In this document: in pieces, positions 39,523-52,312 of the stretch
Position numbering within the stretch: position 1 is the stretch's first letter
How the letters are laid out: each line of letters starts with the position of its first letter
Assembly: GCF_020745735.1 (NCBI RefSeq)
Contig: NC_083422.1
Coordinates: forward strand, 10,230,001 to 10,294,000
Source: Hemiscyllium ocellatum
Taxonomy: Eukaryota
DNA length: 64,000 nucleotides
Direction of reading: 5' to 3'
Made by a program: the position numbers and the translations under genes
Notes under the pieces: generated by a model
What the model saw: only the letters and a program-made list of their open reading frames with translations
Database searches by the model: none
Told to the model about the DNA's origin: nothing

Positions 39523-39585
39523 CCCCCTCCCCCTCCCCCTCCCCCTCCCCCTCCCCCTCCCCCTCCCCCTCCCCCTCCCCCTCCC
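39523..39585. repeat. (CCCCCT)n microsatellite, ~10 units; (CCCCCA)n at 39320-39346
   Basis: Seen directly. Confidence 0.95.
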
Positions 39586-41359
39586 CATACACAGCGGGAC
39601 CATCTGGGCGGACACAGCAAATGCCTTCTCATCAGTGAATTCTCACCAGGGGTTGCTCCGGCTGATGGATTAACGGTTGAGTCTGCTGCTGACATTGAGG
39701 CCCGCCTCAGCAGGTTCAGGCTCACACTGCTCCCTCATCATCAACTCTCTCCTTGCTGTGTTTCCACAGGTTTCCTTTTGAACCCATCAGCAGTCTGTTA
39801 AAAATGTGTTTACTGCTGAAAGTTCCCGGTGTTGTTTGATCAGGTTAACCATCTCACAACGCCAGGTTATAGTCCAACAGGTTTAATTGGAAGCACACTA
39901 GCTTTCAGAGCGACGCTCCCTCTTTGTTTGATAAGGAGTGCATTAGCGAGCGCAGTGCTTAGTGAAAGGCTATGGCGTGGTTTTTTTCTAATGTTGACTT
40001 AAACCTTATTACATCGACAATACATAGCCCACTTGTGCAACTGTATCAACCAAGTTATCGGTTCACTAAACAAGGGTTGCAGAAGCATTTTAATTCAGAG
40101 GAATTACTCCATTTGCAGATTAGTCATTAGTATCAATCTAATTTTATAAATTCCAATGTGGAATGTGACATGAATGTGCTTTGTTATTGAAGGTGTTAAA
40201 CTTGTCAATAGTATGTAGCTGAAATATACTTGTTTTTTCAATGGCTTCCTTACTATACGATTCCATGTAATATCTGTGATGCACTTATAGTAATGCTCCG
40301 GAAGCAATATGGTCGCAAATTGGTCTCTATCCAGCTGCAAATGTGTTGCTGGTCAAAGCACAGCAGGCCAGGCAGCATCTCAGGAATAAAGAATTCGACG
40401 TTTTGAGCATAAGCCCTTCATCAGGAATGAGACAGAGTAGCCAAGCAGGCTAAGATAAGAGGTAGGGAGGAGGGACTTGGGGGAGGGGCGATGGAGGTGG
40501 GATAGGTGGAAGGAGGTCAAGGTGAGGGTGATAGGCCGGAGTGGGGTGGGGGCGGAGAGGTCAGGAAGAGGATTGCAGGTTAGGAGGGCGGTGCTGAGTT
40601 GAGGGAACCGACTGAGACAAGGTGGGGGGAGGGGAAATGAGGAAACTGGAGAAATCTGAATTCATACCTTGTGGTTGGAGGGTTCCCAGGCGGAAGATGA
40701 GGCGCTCCTCCTCCAGCCGTCGTGTTATGTTCTGCCGGTGGAGGAGTCCAAGGACCTGCATGTCCTCGGTGGAGTGGGAGGGAGAGTTAAAGTGTTGAGC
40801 CACGGGGTGATTGGGTTGGTTGGTCCGGGCGGCCCGGAGGTGTTCTCTGAAGCGTTCCGCAAGTAAGCGGCCTGTCTCACCAATATAGATGAGGCCACAT
40901 CGGGTGCAGCGGATGCAATAGATGATGTGTGTGGAGGTACAGGTGAACTTGTGGCGGATATGGAAGGATCCCTTGGGGCCTTGGAGGGAAGTGAGTGTGG
41001 AGGTGTGGGCGCAAGTTTTACATTTCCTGCGGTTGCAGGGGAAGGTGCCGGGGGTGGAGGTTGGGTTGGTGGGGGGTGTGGATCTGACGAGGGAGTCATG
41101 AAGGGAGTGGTCCTTGCGGAACGCTGATAGGGGAGGGGAGGCAAATATATCCTTGGTGGTGGGGTCCGTTTGGAGGTGGCGGAAATGACGGCAGATGATA
41201 CGTTGTATGCGGAGGTTGGTGGGGTGAGTAGTGAGTAGGTAGTACAGAGGATATGCAGGGTTAGTGGTGTCAGGGTTGTGGATGGGTGAGAGTGTGTGAA
41301 AGATGTTGCAGGCAGTAGTGAAAGCAACAGAGCATGGGTCAACAGACAATAGGTCTACA

Positions 41360-43374
41360 GGTCAGTGCCTGGACACCCCGTGCTGGCCTCCTACCCGCCC
41401 TCGACCTCTTTATAGCCAACTGCCGCCGTGACATTAACCGACTCAACCTGTCCACCCCTCTCACCCACTCCAACCTCTCACCCTCAGAACGTGCAGCCCT
41501 CCACTCCCTCCGCTCCAATCCCAACCTCACCATCAAACCCGCAGACAAGGGAGGCGCGGTGGTAGTTTGGCGCACTGACCTGTATACCGCTGAAGCCAAA
41601 CGCCAGCTCGCGGACGCCTCCTCTTATCACCCCCTTGACCACGACCCCACCTCCCACCACCAAACCATCATCTCCCAGACCATCCAGGACCTCATCACCT
41701 CAGGGGATCTCCCATCCACCGCCTCCAACCTCATAGTCCCACAACCCCGCACCGCCCGTTTCTACCTCCTGCCCAAAATCCACAAACCTGCCTGCCCCGG
41801 CCGACCCATTGTCTCAGCCTGCTCCTGCCCCACCGAACTCATCTCCCAATACCTTGACACGGTCCTGTCCCCTTTAGTCCAAGAACTCCCCACCTACGTT
41901 CGGGACCACACCCACGCCCTCCACCTCCTCCAGGATTTTCGCTTCCCCGGTCCCCAACGCCTTATTTTCACTATGGTCATCCAGTCCCTGTACACCTCCA
42001 TCCCCAATCACGAAGGACTCAAAGCCCTCCGCTTCTTCCTTTCCCGCTGCACCAACCAATACCCTTCCACTGACACCCTCCTTCGACTGACTGAACTGGT
42101 CCTCACCCTGAATAACTTCTCTTTTCAATCCTCCCACTTCCTCCAAACTAAAGGAGTTGCTATGGGCACCCGCATGGGCCCCAGCTATGCCTGCCTCTTC
42201 GTAGGATATGTGGAACAATCCATCTTCCGCAACTACACTGGCACCACCCCCCACCTTTTCCTCCGCTACATCGATGACTGTATCGGCGCTGCCTCGTGCT
42301 CCCACGAGGAGGTTGAACAGTTCATCAACTTTACTAACACCTTCCATCCCGACCTGAAATTCACCTGGACTGTCTCAGACTCCTCCCTCCCCTTCCTAGA
42401 CCTTTCCATCTCTATCTCGGGCGACCGACTCAACACAGACATCTATTATAAACCGACTGACTCCCACAGCTACCTGGACTACACCTCCTCCCACCCTGCC
42501 CCCTGTAAAAACGCCATCCCATATTCCCAATTCCTTCGTCTCCGCCGCATCTGCTCCCAGGAGGACCAGTTCCAACACCGCACAGCCCAGATGGCCTCCT
42601 TCTTCAAGGACCGCAGATTCCCCCCAGACGTGGTCGACGATGCCCTCCACCGCATCTCCTCCACTTCCCGCTCCTCCAACCGCCACCAAGACAGAACCCC
42701 ACTGGTTCTCACCTACCACCCCACCAACCTCCGCATACAACGTATCATCCGCCAACTCCAAATGGACCCCACCACCAAGGATATATTTCCCTCCCCTCCC
42801 CTATCAGCGTTCCGCAAGGACCACTCCCTTCGTGACTCCCTCGTCAGATCCACACCCCCCCACCAACCCAACCTCCACCCCCGGCACCTTCCCCTGCAAC
42901 CGCAGGAAATGTAAAACTTGGGCCCACACCTTCACACTCACTTCCCTCCAAGGCCCCAAGGGATCCTTCCATATCCGCCACAAGTTCACCTGTACCTCCA
43001 CACACATCATCTATTGCATCCGCTGCACCCGATGTGGCCTCATCTATATTGGTGAGACAGGCCGCTTACTTGCGGAACGCTTCAGAGAACACCTCCGGGC
43101 CGCCCGGACCAACCAACCCAATCACCCCGTGGCTCAACACTTTAACTCTCCCTCCCACTCCACCGAGGACATGCAGGTCCTTGGACTCCTCCACCGGCAG
43201 AACATAACAACACGACGGCTGGAGGAGGAGCGCCTCATCTTCCGCCTGGGAACCCTCCATCCACAAGGTATGAATTCAGATTTCTCCAGTTTCCTCATTT
43301 CCCCTCCCCCCACCTTGTCTCAGTCGGTTCCCTCAACTCAGCACCGCCCTCCTAACCTGCAATCTCCTTACTGA
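41360..43374 (+). pseudogene. PLE RT-GIY-YIG polyprotein, N-terminally truncated, with one frameshift in a C-run at ~42855-42861
   Basis: ORFs 41334-42914 and 42640-43374 overlap in different frames; the inverted copy has C6 where this copy has C7. Confidence 0.85.
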
Positions 43375-43506
43375 CCTCTCCGCCCCCACCCCACCCCGGC
43401 CTATCACCCTCACCTTGACCTCCTTCCACCTATCCCACCTCCATCGCCCCTCCCCCAAGTCCCTCCTCCCTACCTTTTATCTTAGCCTGCTTGGCTACTC
43501 TCTCTC

Positions 43507-43542
43507 ATTCCTGATGAAGGGCTTATGCTCGAAACGTCGAAT
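43507..43542 (+). ncRNA. Minimal hammerhead ribozyme motif with intact core and GUC cleavage triplet
   Basis: ATTC-CTGATGA-A-[GGGC-TTAT-GCTC]-GAAA-CGTC^-GAAT; predicted cut after 43538. Confidence 0.8.
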
Positions 43543-43756
43543 TCTCTATTCCTGAGATGCTGCCTGGCCTGCTGTGCTTTGACCAGCAACACATTTGCAG
43601 CTGTGATCTCCAGCATCTGCAGACCTCATTTTTTACTCTATCCAGCTGTATCAGTCTGCAAGTCAATGGAATAGCATAGTGTGCCAAAACTTCTGTCACT
43701 GGCCATCGTCCTTTTCTGTTCAATCTGCCTTCCTGGACTTTGTCTCAGATTTTTTT

Positions 43757-44056
43757 TAGATTAGATTACTTAGTGTGGAAACAGACCCTTTCAGCCCAAC
43801 AAGTTCACACTGACACTCTGAAGAGCAACCCACCCAGACCCTTCACCTAACACTACGGGCAATTTAGCATGGCCAATTCACCTAACCTGCACATTTTTTT
43901 TTGGATGCGGGAGGAAACCAGAGCACCCAGAAGAAACCAACACAGACACGGGGAGAATGTGCAAACTTCACACAGACAGTTGCCTGAGGCGGAAATTGAA
44001 CCCAGTCTCTGGTACTGTGAGGCAGCAGTGCTATCCACTGTGCCACCGTGCTGCCC
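43757..44056 (-). mobile_element. HE1-like V-SINE
   Basis: Reverse complement of the 54310-54620 type; (ctaat)n tail. Confidence 0.88.
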
Positions 44057-44644
44057 ACAATTTTAGATGAGATTGTCCTTAAGTTCTTGTTTGCCTTGGC
44101 TTCCAAAGTTCAAGTGGTTTCTGAGTGACCCTGGTACATTCAAGAGTCAATGTCCTTTGCAGTCTTCCTGTCAGCAACATTTTAAAAAGAAATAAGGCTG
44201 GTTTTTCCCTTGGGTTTGTCACCTCCGTTTAAACATTTGTGAAATTTTATAGTAGATATTGTATAAATTAGTTATTACATCATAAGTAGCTGCAATCAGC
44301 ATTCACTATCACAGTAAGATGCATGTGCAATCGTTGAAATCAGCTTGTTAATAAATTGTGTGGTTAGGTTAGATAGATTTTAGAATTCTAACCAATCAAT
44401 TTACCGTTGGTAATATGTTTTAGGAATCTGCAGTTAACAAATAGTCAGTTTTTACAGCAGAGAATGAGGCCCATTGGCACAAAAACAATAATCTGCTATC
44501 TATCTAATCTAATCCCATTTACCAGCACTTGATCTGTAACATTTTATGCTTTGACATTTTAAATGTTAATTTAAATAGTTGTTAAGTCTTAAGGATTCCT
44601 CTACCACCCTTTTTAAGCAGTGAGTTCCAGATATTCTGAATCCT

Positions 44645-45670
44645 GTTGTTGTGGTTTTGTTCAACGAGCTGGGAATTTGTGTTGCAGACATTTCATCCCC
44701 TGTCTAGGTGACATCCTCAGTGCTTGGGAGCCTCCTGTGAAGCGCTTCTGTGATGTTTCCTCCGGCATTTATAGTGTTTTGTACCTGCCACTTCTGGTTG
44801 TCAGTTCCAGCTGTCCGCTGCAGTGGCCGGTATATTGGGTCCAGGTCGATGTGCTTATTGATTGAATCTGTGGATGAGTGCCATGCCTTTAGGAATTCCC
44901 TGGCTGTTCTCTGTTTGGCTTGTCCTATAATAGTAGTGTTGTCCCAGTCGAATTCATGTTGCTTGTCATCTGTGTGTGTGGCGACTAAGGACAACGGAAT
45001 GAGGACATGCCACAACCCAAAGGACTACCCACACCATCATACATCAAAAACATTTCTGAACTGACAGCCAGACTGCTGCGACCACTAGGACTCATAACAG
45101 CACATAAACCAACAGCCACTGTCAGACAACAACTCACCAGGACGAAGGACCCAATACCTAGCATGAGCAAAACCAATGTTGTGTACAAAATCCCATGCAA
45201 AGACTGCACAAAACATTACATAGGTCAAACAGGAAGACAGCTAACGGTCCGCATCCATAAACACCAACTAGCCACGAAATGACATGACCAGCTATCCTTA
45301 GTAGCCACACACTCGGATGACAAGCAACATGAGCTCGACTGGGGCAACACTTCTATTATAGGACAAGCCAAACAGAGAACAGCCAGGGAATTCCTAGAGG
45401 CATGGCACTCATCCACAGATTCAATCAATAAGCACATCGACCTGGACCCAATATACCGACCACTGCAGCGGACAGCTGGAACTGACAACCGGAAGCGGCA
45501 GATTCAAACCACTATAAATGCCGGAGGAAACATCACAGAAGCGCTTCACAGGAGGCTCCCAAGCACTGAGGATGTCACCTAGACAGGGGACGAAACTTCT
45601 GCAACACAAATTCCCAGCTCGGCGAACAGAACCACAACAACGAGCACCCGAGCTACAAATCTTCTCACAA
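44645..45670. mobile_element. Poseidon-type PLE fold-back insertion
   Basis: GIY-YIG with a stop codon; inverted termini; TSD attctgaatcct (44633-44644) / attctgaaccct (45671-45682). Confidence 0.9.
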
Positions 45671-46804
45671 ATTCTGAACCCTTTGTATAAAATACTTTTC
45701 CTGACATTCCCTCTAATATTCCTGTTCCTCCCCAGTTCTTGACCCCCCCTACCAAGGTGAATCATTTCTCCCTATCTATCCTGTCTGTGCACTTTAAACT
45801 TTGTACATCTCAATCAGGTACCTCAAAACCTTAATGAAAACCAAAAAAATTGCAGATGCTGTAAATCAGAAACAAAAACAGATTATTGGAAAAGCTTTAC
45901 AGATATGGCAGAATCTGTGGAGAGAAATCAAGAGTTAACATTTTGGGTTGAGTGACCCAGCTTTCTCTGTTGTTAGGTTATGGTTGTTTTCCAACGTAAT
46001 CTCTCTTCATAGCTAAATCACTTCAGCCCAGGCACGCATCGGCAAATCTCTTCTGCACCCTCTCTAGTGCAAATTTACATGTTTAATTATTAACTGAATT
46101 AATACAAGAGTTGTGTCTCGTTCATGTGTAGCATTCTTGTCTCTAATTCTGCAGCTTGAGATTTCAAGCCCACGTACTTGGGCTCAGCACTTCTGTGCAT
46201 TTGGAAAAAGTGTACCGTTGGAGTTGCTATGTTTTGAACATGGCATTAGTTTGTCAGACAGTCTGGTCTTTTGGATAAACATTAAGAGAAAAAGATCCAT
46301 GGCACCTTTTTGAAGACTGGGGAGCTCTGACTGTTCAGACCAATATTTAGAAGTAATCAAAAGTGTTGATGGAATGTGGAGTTTATCACACATGGTTGAA
46401 ATGTAAAGGAGAGGAGGTTAGGCTTTGGCTGTGCATAATCCTAATCAGACTGCCATCAATTTTGAGTGTCACTGGATTGTTTAAAAACACGATCTTTGTC
46501 CATTTGATGTGAACCATAAGCTATGTTTCCCCCATTAATTATCAGTAAAATATTGTAAATAGTTTGAGGCTTATAGCACTTCTCCCTGACAACAAATAGG
46601 TTAAGAAGTTCCAATGGGTTTTCTTGATGTGGATTGTTTTCAATACAGTGAGCTGGATTTTGTGGTCAGCAAGAATCAGTGGTGCTCTGTGCTGGCCTTG
46701 AAGAAAACTTTCCACACAGATCCAGCTATCCCAGTGCTGTGCATTTCTTTTCTCTGACAGTTAAAATACTTGGAATTGCGCGATAAAATAGCGGGGAGGA
46801 CGTC

Positions 46805-47980
46805 AGCACAGCTTCGTGAAGGGGCGGTCATGCCCAATAAATCTGTTAGAATTGTTTGAGGAGGTAACAAGCAAGTTAGACAAAGGAGAGCCAATGGATC
46901 TGTTTGGATTTCCGGAAGGCCTTTGTCAAGGTGCCACACAGGAGGCTGCAAAATACGCTCAGAGTCCAGGATGTTAGGGGCAAAGTACTGGCATGGATAG
47001 ATGATTGGCTGATTGCAGAAGGCAGAGAGTTGGGATAAAGTGGTCTTTTTCAGGATGGAAGCCAGTGACTAGTGGAGTTCAGCAGGGATCATTGTTGGGA
47101 CCATAACTATTCATGTTATTCATTAACAGTCTGGACGAAGGAACTGAGCGCATTGTTGCTAAGTTTGCAGATGAACCAAAAATGGGTGGAGGGGGAGATA
47201 GGAAGCAAGGGGGCTGCAGAAGGATTTGGATATGCTTGGAGAATGGGCAAAGAAGTGGCAAATGGAATACAGTGTAGGAATGTGTGAGGTTTATGTACTT
47301 TGGTTGGAAGAAACGATGTAGACTATTTTCTAAAAGAAAGGCTTCAGATTTCCAAAGCACAAAGAGATCTGGCAGTCCTAGTTTTAGATTCTCTTAAGGT
47401 TCATTCAGGTTCTATTGACAATTAGGAAGGCAAATGCAATGTTGAGGGCTAGATGACTAGAGCAGACATGTTCTGCTGAGGCTGTATAAAGCTCTGTACG
47501 GCTGCATTCAGAATATTGTGAGCAGTTTTGGCCTCTGTATTTAAGAAAGGATGCGCTGGCCATAGAGGGGGTCCAGAAGGGGTTTACGAGAGCAATCCTG
47601 GGAATGAAGGGTTTGTCATAAGAAGAGTGGTTAAGGACTCTGGGTCTTTACGTAATAGTTTAGTGGGATGATGGTGAAATCTAATTGAAACTTTCAGAAT
47701 ACTGAGATGTAGTTGCTACTAGTAGGAGAGACTAGGACTTGAGGGCACAGTCTCCGGATGAAGGGATAATCCTCTGGAACTGAGATGAGTTTCTCTGTGG
47801 AACTCATTGCTGCAGAGGGCTGTGGAGGCCAAGGCATTGAGACAGAGACTGATTCTTGATGAGTAAGGGAATCGAGGTTTACAAGCAGAAGATGGTGGAA
47901 TGGAGTTGAGAAACATATCAGTCTTGATCAAATTGTGGAATAGACGTGATGAATGGCCAAATTTTCTCCAATCTTATGGT
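46805..47980 (+). mobile_element. Older CR1-clade LINE fragment
   Basis: Degenerate DF.KAF.KVPH, QGSLLGP, KFADE and QFW motifs. Confidence 0.8.
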
Positions 47981-48124
47981 CTTAAATTTAGCAGCAAACT
48001 CAGTGCATTTGCAAACATGCAGAAGCGTCAATGTCAATGATCAGAATAAGCAGCTAGTCACAGTTACAAATTCTTATCGGCAGCAAACCAGAACATTAAA
48101 AACACTGATAATCCTTCACTTAAT

Positions 48125-48490
48125 ATGGAGGTGCTGGCATTGGACAGGAGTGGACAATGTCAGAAGTCATATAATGGAGAAAGGAGAAAGTGAGGACTGC
48201 AGATGCTGGAGCTCAGAGTCGAGAGTGTAGTGCTGGAAAAGCACAGCAGATCAGGCAGCATCCGAGGAGCAGGCGAATGACATTTCAGGCATGATTCCTG
48301 ATGCTGTGCTTTTCCAGTACTATGCTGTCAGAAGTCTCTCAATACCAGGTTCTGGTCTAACAGGCTTGTTTGAAATCACAACCTTTCGGAATACTGCTGC
48401 TTTGTCAGGTGAAGTCACCCAGTGAAGGGTCAGCACTCTGAAAGCCTCTGATTTTAAATACACCAGGTTATAATCCAACAGGTTTATGAT
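48125..48490. mobile_element. PLE-type terminus fold-back (AAGCTT hammerhead family) with a nested PLE mini-element (~48168-48325)
   Basis: TSD tgtcagaagtc (48157-48167, 48326-48336); related terminus at 39853-39920. Confidence 0.65.
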
Positions 48491-49471
48491 TTTTGCCCTT
48501 TTTAATCTATTTAAATTTTCAGATAGCAAAATAAATTATGGCTTTAGAAGCTGATGTGTATCTTTTTTTTGATAAAATTTAACAGTTTATAAATATAAAA
48601 TAAATTTTTCAGGGCCATTGAAAATGTTTAATGATAATTATGAAGATTGTAAGCTTTAATTGCTTGGACATTTTCATTGGGGCAACACTGTGAAGTACCA
48701 ATGGGAAGCACTGACAGTTTTACCATAATTATCGCACTGTCCCCTCTGGGTTAGAACATTACGATTTCTTCTGCATTGCATTGCAAATTCAGTGACAGTT
48801 TTCACGACTATTTTAGACATTTAGCATCGTGAGTTAGGATAGCTTTAGCTGTTGTGTCCATTTCTATGATGCAGCTTTTTTAATTCAACAAGCCCCTCAG
48901 ATTTATAAGCTAACATGGTGTAGTATTTATAACTGCTGTTGTTTTGTAATTTAAGCCTGATTGTTCTTAAAAAAGCCTTGATCGCTATATTCTACGGACC
49001 TGATTTAAACTATTAGCATATTTGGGAATGTCTTCAATGTTTATTTAGAGAGAGTCATTTCCAGTTTATTCACATGGGGATTCCAATGTTTGTCTTTTAA
49101 TTGCTCAATACAAATAGTTAACAAACTGATTTTAATTGGAACCTTGAGGCTTGTAAGATAAGAATATGTTTTTATAAATACTGCCCTTTTTCAACTAAAA
49201 CAAGTAATTTTGTCATACGTTTCTACTCAGATTTACATGTTAATTATAATACAATGTACACATCATGAAGCCTGTCTTTAACATAAATATTAGTTTAATT
49301 CACACCATCCCATAATTTGAACTTGAGACAGTTCCGCCCAATGATTTCTTGGTTACTTAGTTCATTTCTCTAGATGTACAGTTTTCCACTTAATTGCTGC
49401 CATTGTATATAATTTAGGAAAATTCATGTATGTTATTTAATCCAATTTTTTTGTGTTCTTGGTTTAAACAG

Positions 49472-49674
49472 AATGGGTTGCAGCAATTTCGCTGACAATT
49501 GGAGCAGCTGCTGTTGGTTACCTCGCCTACAGATCTTTATATTCCAGAGACAAGTGCCGTAAATCATTGGTTAATCTCGACATCCAAAAGGATACCCCTA
49601 AAGTTGTGCATGCATTTGATGTTGAAGACCTAGGGGATAAAGCAGTGTATTGTAGATGCTGGCGGTCTAAACAG
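49472..49674 (+). CDS. CISD1: CISD1 exon 2 (TM helix to CRCWRSKQ)
   Basis: [19 protein letters not shown]...[35 protein letters not shown]; AG/GT boundaries; 203 nt. Confidence 0.97.
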
Positions 49675-50459
49675 GTAAGAATGTTAATTTGCTTACCCCA
49701 TTACATGTCATGGGAACATTGTAAAACTGAGAAGAGTGAGGCAGTATGATCCCATTTTGTCCCAATGGATGCGGGATGGACTGCAAAAGAGCGAGTGGAA
49801 TGATGAATTGGACAAATATGTTTGGTGAAAGTAAAGGGGTATATGGGATCTATTTCCTGGTTACTAGATCTCTATTCCAATGTTCCTATTCAGTCTGTGT
49901 CTGTTTTGTTTTCAATTTAGTAATGTGAAAATGTAAAACTTTTGCATCAAAATGTAAAATATTAATTTTTAAATATGTCTGAAAAAATGTCATGATTCCT
50001 CATGAAAAGTAATATTTCATTTGGGATGGTGTTGATTTTTGGAGGCAGTGTGAATAGGGAATTGTTTTTTTTAATTAATTCATGGAATCTGGATATCTTG
50101 GGTTAGGCCAGCCATTTATCACCCATTTCTCATTGGCCTTGAAAAGATGGTAGTGAGCTGACATCTTGAATCACTCCAGTCCTAGGGTAGTGTTCATTTA
50201 GAACTAAGAATCATCCTATCCCAGTGGTCTTTCTCACTGCCCCTCAACACCACTATCCTGCTGCTGAAGAAAAAATTGAACACCCTTGTCAATGGACAAG
50301 TGTCAACAAGTCTGGAACCATCTGTTAACCCTGGAGGACCACTCATCCTCCTGCCTGTCCCCTATTTGAATTGTAGGATGCCAGATGTTCTTTGCTCAGA
50401 CTTAGCAAACTGAAGGAAGTAAACCAAATCAATTGGACCAAAGAAAGGACCAAGTTAGC

Positions 50460-52312
50460 AGAGATCTAGTGAATCCTTAGAGTATAAAGGCAGTAGGGGT
50501 ATACTTAAGAGGGAAACCAGGACGGTAAAAAGGAGACACGAGATAGCTTTGGCAAATAGGGTTAAGGAGAATCCAAAGGGATTCTGTAAATACATTAAGA
50601 ACAAAAGGGTAACTAGGGAGAGAATGGGTCCCTGGAAAATCAGCAAGGCAGCCTATGTGTGGAACTGCAGGAGATGGGGAAGATATTAAACGAGCATTTT
50701 GCATTAGCGTTTACTGTGGAGAAGCACATGGAAGATATAGAATGTGGGGAAATAGATGGTGACATCTTGAAAAACTTCCAAATTACAGATGTGCTAGATG
50801 TCTTAATGCATAAAGATGGATAAATCTCTAGGACCTGATCAGGTGTAACCTAGAACACTGTGGGAAGCTAGGGAACAGATTGCTCGGCTCCTTGCTGAGA
50901 TATTTGTATCATTAGTAGTCATGGGTGAGGTGCTGGAAGACTGGAGGTTGGCTAACGTGGTGCCATTATTTAAGAAAGATTGTAAGGACAAGTTGTTGTA
51001 GGGAATCCTGAGGGACAGGATTTGCATGCATTTGGAAAGGTAAGGACTGATTAGAATAGTCAACATGGCTTTGTGCATGGGAAATCATGTCTCACAAACT
51101 TGATTCTGTTTTTTTGAAGAAATAACTAAGAGGATTGATGTGAACAGAGCAGTGAACGTGATCTATATGGGCTCCAGTAAGGCGTTCGACAAGGTTCCTT
51201 ATAATGGACTGGTTAGCAAAGTTTGATCACAGGGAATACAGAGAGAGCTAGGTATTTGGAGACAGAACTGGCTCAAAGGTAGAAGACAGAGGGTGGTGCT
51301 GAAGGGTTGTTTTTCAGACTGGAGGCCTGTGACCAGTGGAGTCACAAGAATCGGTGCTGGGTCCTTTACTTTTTGTCATTTACATAAATGATTTGGATGT
51401 GAACATCGGAGGTATAGTTTCTAAGTTTGCAGATGACTCCAAAATTGGAGGTGTAGTGGAAAGCAAAGAAGGTTTCTTTAGATCTTGATCAGATGGGCCA
51501 ATGGGCTGAGGAGTGGCAGATGGAGTTTAATTTAGATAAATGTGAGGTGCTGCATTTTGGAAAAGCAAATTTTCGCAGGACTTATACACTTAATGTTAAG
51601 GTCCTGGGGTGTATTGCTGGATTACAGGTTCATGCTTCCTTGAAAGTGGAGTCTCAGGAAGATAGGATAATGGAGGCGATGTTTGATATGCTTTCGTTTA
51701 ATGATCAGAGCATCAAGTATAGGAGTTAGGAGGTCATGTTGCAGTTGTACAGGACATTGGTTAGGCCACTTTTGGAATATTGTGTGTAAGTCTGATTTCC
51801 CTCCTTTAGGAAAGATGTTGTGAAACTTGAAAGGGTTCAGAAAAGATTTACAAGGATGTTACTAGGGTTGGAGTGTTTGAGCTATAGGGAGAGGCTGAAT
51901 AGGCTGGGTCTATTTTCCCTGCACTGTCGGAAGTTGAGGGGTGACCTTATAGAGGTTTATCAAATCATGAGGGGCATGGATAGGGTAAATAGACAAGGTC
52001 TTTTTGCTGAATTGAGGGAGTCCAGAACTAGAGAGCATAGGTTAAGGGTGAGAGGGGAAAGATTCAAAAGGGACCTAAGGGGCAACGATTTCATGTAGAG
52101 GGTGGCGTGTGTTGAATGAGCTTCCAGTGGAAGTGGTGGAGGCTGGTACAATTCCAGCATTTAAAAGGCATCTGGATGGGTATATGAATAGGAAGGGTTT
52201 AGAGGGATATGGGCCAAGTGCTGGCAAATGGGACTAGATTAGGTTAGGATATCTGGTCGGCATGGATGAGTTGGACCGAAGGATCTGTTTCCATGCTGTC
52301 CATCTCTGACTG
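50460..52312 (+). mobile_element. CR1 LINE, degraded
   Basis: RT motifs (SVLGPLLF, FADDSK, QMEFNLDKC) and CR1 3' tail. Confidence 0.92.

Larger units (their letters stand above)
40338..43635 (+). mobile_element. Neptune-type Penelope-like retroelement, 5'-truncated, with an ~890-bp inverted copy of its 3' end
   Basis: RT motifs IKPADKGG, PKIHKP, GVAMG, RYIDD, LPFLD; CNRRKCKTC linker; GIY-YIG IYCIRCTRCGLIYIGET; 40338-41225 is the reverse complement of ~42716-43597; TSD ctctatccagctg (40325-40337, 43636-43648). Confidence 0.95.

Noticed and set aside
38715-39801. Long ORFs with poly-Pro, poly-Gly, PLPL and PSPS tracts
   Set aside because: Translations of the CpG island, the 40-bp array and hexamer microsatellites
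39972-39990. ATGGCGTG as an alternative CISD1 first exon
   Set aside because: No good phase-1 donor; 39238-39262 fits the frame and homology
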